Assembly (NCBI GenBank): GCA_965218295.1
Contig: CBDCKN010000009.1
Coordinates: forward strand, 192,001 to 256,000
Reading direction: 5' to 3'
DNA: 64,000 bases
DNA from: Longimicrobiales bacterium
GTDB taxonomy: Bacteria > Gemmatimonadota > Gemmatimonadetes > Longimicrobiales > Gaopeijiaceae
Numbering within the stretch: position 1 is the stretch's first letter; each line of letters begins with the position of its first letter. Below, piece by piece: positions 61,463 through 64,000 of this stretch. The position numbers and the translations under genes are program-made. The notes beneath the pieces are model-generated. The model saw only the letters and a list, made by a program, of their open reading frames with translations, did no database searches and had not been told where the DNA came from.

Positions 61463-63243
61463 ATGAGCGCGAACGGTCTCGACTTCACCATCGGCATCGG
61501 GGGGCCGCTGGCCAGGGAATCGCGACGCCGGGTAATATCCTCGCTCGCATCTTCGTGCGGCGCGGTCTGCATCTCTACTCATACAACGCCCATCAGTCGA
61601 TCATCCGGGGAGGACACAGCCTGTTGATGTTGCGCATCCGCGAAGAGGAGGTGCACAGCCACGGCGACGGCATGGACCTGCTGCTCTGCCTGAACCAGGA
61701 CACGATGAACCGGCACGTGGGGCTCCTCAGGCCGGGATCCCGTGTGCTCTACAACAGCGACACCATCCAGCCCGGTGAGGTGCCGGACGACATCCTCCCT
61801 TGCCCGATGCCCATCGGCGACCTGGCGGGGGACAGCAAGAACAAGCTCATCCAGAACACCATCTCACTCGGCGTCATGATGTCCCTGTTGGGCGTCGAGT
61901 TCTCGGTGCTGGAGGAGGCCCTGGAGCTCCTGTTCCGGCGGAAGGGACCCGCCGTGGTCGAAGAGAACGTGACCATGTCCCGGGCCGGCTACGACCACGG
62001 GGCCGCCAACTTCCAGCCATATCCCGTGCCGTTACCGAAGGGGAATAAGCCCCTCGGGTTGTGGGCCGGCAACGACGCTCTGGCCATGGGCGCGGCGGCG
62101 GCCGGAGTGACTTTCTACGCCGCGTATCCGATGAGCCCCGCGAGCGGAATCCTCCACTGGATGGCGCAGAACGCCCGCGAGCTGGGCATCATGGTGCGTC
62201 AGGTCGAGGACGAGATCGGCGTGGCGAACATGACCATCGGCGCCGCCCACGCAGGCTGCCGCGCCATGTGCGCCACCTCCGGCGGCGGCTTCGCGCTGAT
62301 GACGGAAGCGATCGGGAGCGCGGCGATGATGGAGATCCCCGCGGTCTTCATCAACGTGATGCGCGCCGGACCCTCCACGGGCGTCCCCACGAAGACCGAG
62401 CAGGGCGACCTCTGGCAGGTCCTTGGCGCCAGCCAGGGCGACTACGAGCGCTTCATCGTGGCGCCGAAGGACTCCCTGGACGCGTTCAACACGGTCCCCG
62501 AGCTCTTCAACCTCGTGGACCACGCCCAATGTCCCGGAATCATCATCTCCGATCTGCTCCTCTCGGAAGGGACATTCAGCGTTGACCCCGACCTAATCGA
62601 CCTCCACCCCGCGATCGATCGAGGCGCCCTCATCGTCGATCCTTCGCCCGACGGAGACTACCTGCGCTACGCCGACACGGAGAGCGGGATCTCGCCGCGA
62701 GTGGCGCCGGGCTACGAGGGATACGTCCACGTCGTAGCCACGGATGAGCACGATGAGGACGGAGTGCTGATCAGTGACGAGTTCACCCATCCGCACAAGC
62801 GCCGCAAGATGGTGGAGAAGCGCGCTCGGAAGCTCCAGGGCGTCGGTGCCGACGTACCCCCGCCGACCCTCGAAGGCCCCCCCGACGCCCAAGTGACACT
62901 GGTCGGCTGGGGCTCCACCTACGGCGTGATCCGGGAGGCCGTCGACGTGCTCGCCGAGCGCGGGGTGGTCGCCAATCAGCTCGCCATCAAGTGGATCGTT
63001 CCGTTCCACGACGAGGTCGTCAGCGGGATCCTGTCCCGATCGAAGCGGGTCCTCGTCGTTGAGAACAGCTACTCGGGTCAGTTCGCGCGTTATTTGCGGA
63101 GCGAGACCGGCTTCGCCGCGGCCGGCCACATCCGGAAGTACGACGGAGAGCCGTTCATGCCGCACCACGTCGTCGAAGGAGTCCTCGAGCTGTTGCAGGG
63201 CGAGGCTGCCCTTTACGTACCGCATCAGGAGATCATCGTATGA
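61463..63243 (+). CDS. korA: 2-oxoacid:ferredoxin oxidoreductase alpha subunit; frameshift in G run near 61500
   Basis: AAGGAG RBS; IGIGG/AAGQGI, YPMSPAS, EDEI, TSGGGFALM and GPSTGVPTKTEQGD. Confidence 0.9.
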
Positions 63244-64000
63244 GCACCGTCGAGAGCACGGCCGAGCTGATTGGTGTCGAGCTGCCCCGATCCCCGGCCT
63301 CGGCCAAGGAGTTCAAGGGTCAAGTCACGCCCGACTGGTGCCCCGGCTGCGGAGACTTCGGAGTGCTGAACGCGCTCCAGCGAGCGGTCTTCGAGCTGGG
63401 GCTCAAGCCGCATGAGATCCTGTGCGTGAGTGGCATCGGCTGCTCGTCCAATTTGCCCGGCTACTTCAACGCCTACGGGATGCACACCCTGCACGGGCGC
63501 TCTCTCCCGGTGGCGACGGGAGCCAAACTGGGGAACCACCAGCTCAACGTCATCGTTACCGGCGGCGACGGCGACGGCTACGGCATCGGCGGCAATCACC
63601 TGATGCACACCGCGCGCCGCAATATCGACCTCACCTATCTGGTGATGAACAACCAGATCTATGGCCTGACCACGGGCCAGGTCTCGCCCACCAGCCGCTC
63701 CGACATGAAGACCAAGAGCACGCCCTTCGGAAACCTCGAGCTTCCCATCAACCCCCTCACGTCCGTGATCATGAACGGCGCGACGTACGTCGCCCGGGGC
63801 TACAGCGCCGACGTCAAGCACCTCACGGAGCTCATCAAGAATGCGATCCAGCACCAGGGCTTTTCCTTCATCGACATCTTCAGCCCCTGTGTCACCTACA
63901 ACCACGACAACGACTTCGCGTTCTTCAAGCCGCGGGTGAAGAAGCTGGAAGACGAAGGGCACGACACCGGCGACTGGAAGGCGGCCTGCGAGAAGGCGAT
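63240..64000 (+). CDS. korB: 2-oxoacid:ferredoxin oxidoreductase beta subunit (runs off the window)
   Basis: WCPGCGDF, SGIGCSS, GGDGD, NNQIYGLTTGQ and SPCVTYN; ATG overlaps the alpha stop. Confidence 0.92.
   Translation, partial: MSTVESTAELIGVELPRSPASAKEFKGQVTPDWCPGCGDFGVLNALQRAVFELGLKPHEILCVSGIGCSSNLPGYFNAYGMHTLHGRSLPVATGAKLGNHQLNVIVTGGDGDGYGIGGNHLMHTARRNIDLTYLVMNNQIYGLTTGQVSPTSRSDMKTKSTPFGNLELPINPLTSVIMNGATYVARGYSADVKHLTELIKNAIQHQGFSFIDIFSPCVTYNHDNDFAFFKPRVKKLEDEGHDTGDWKAACEKA

Overview
This is GC-rich bacterial DNA. It is most likely Gemmatimonadota, an inference from the protein styles: the Ser/Thr kinase N-terminus, the cyclase-TPR protein and the many CGD-type lipoproteins. It is an accessory, heavily rearranged region of about 55 genes, and I saw no rRNA, tRNA or CRISPR array. 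Main contents: two IS256-family fragments, one fused in frame to a TonB-dependent receptor between ~680-bp diverged direct repeats; a SigK/RskA-type sigma/anti-sigma pair with two DUF4331 genes and a TPR gene; a FecI-FecR-TBDR module; sat/cysC, rtcB, recQ and Smr; a MarR-NmrA-SDR unit with duplicated operators; a cysteine synthase-rhodanese fusion; an HTH + DUF6036 nucleotidyltransferase pair; senA-senB selenoneine genes without senC; an SLC13 transporter, a 1-Cys peroxiredoxin, a penicillin acylase-family protein and a 2-oxoacid:ferredoxin oxidoreductase. About ten gene stumps and about eight single-base frameshifts point to gene decay and/or long-read or assembly error. The most unusual structure is at 17.8-20.3 kb. 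There a conserved ~150-200 bp leader (TGTCACA-N15/16-CGTT ECF-type promoter, hairpins, RBS and lipoprotein signal peptide) is repeated three times, each copy fused to an unrelated lipoprotein body, and a fourth solo copy of the promoter motif lies at 21.7 kb. All family calls come from motif recognition only; no database searches were run.
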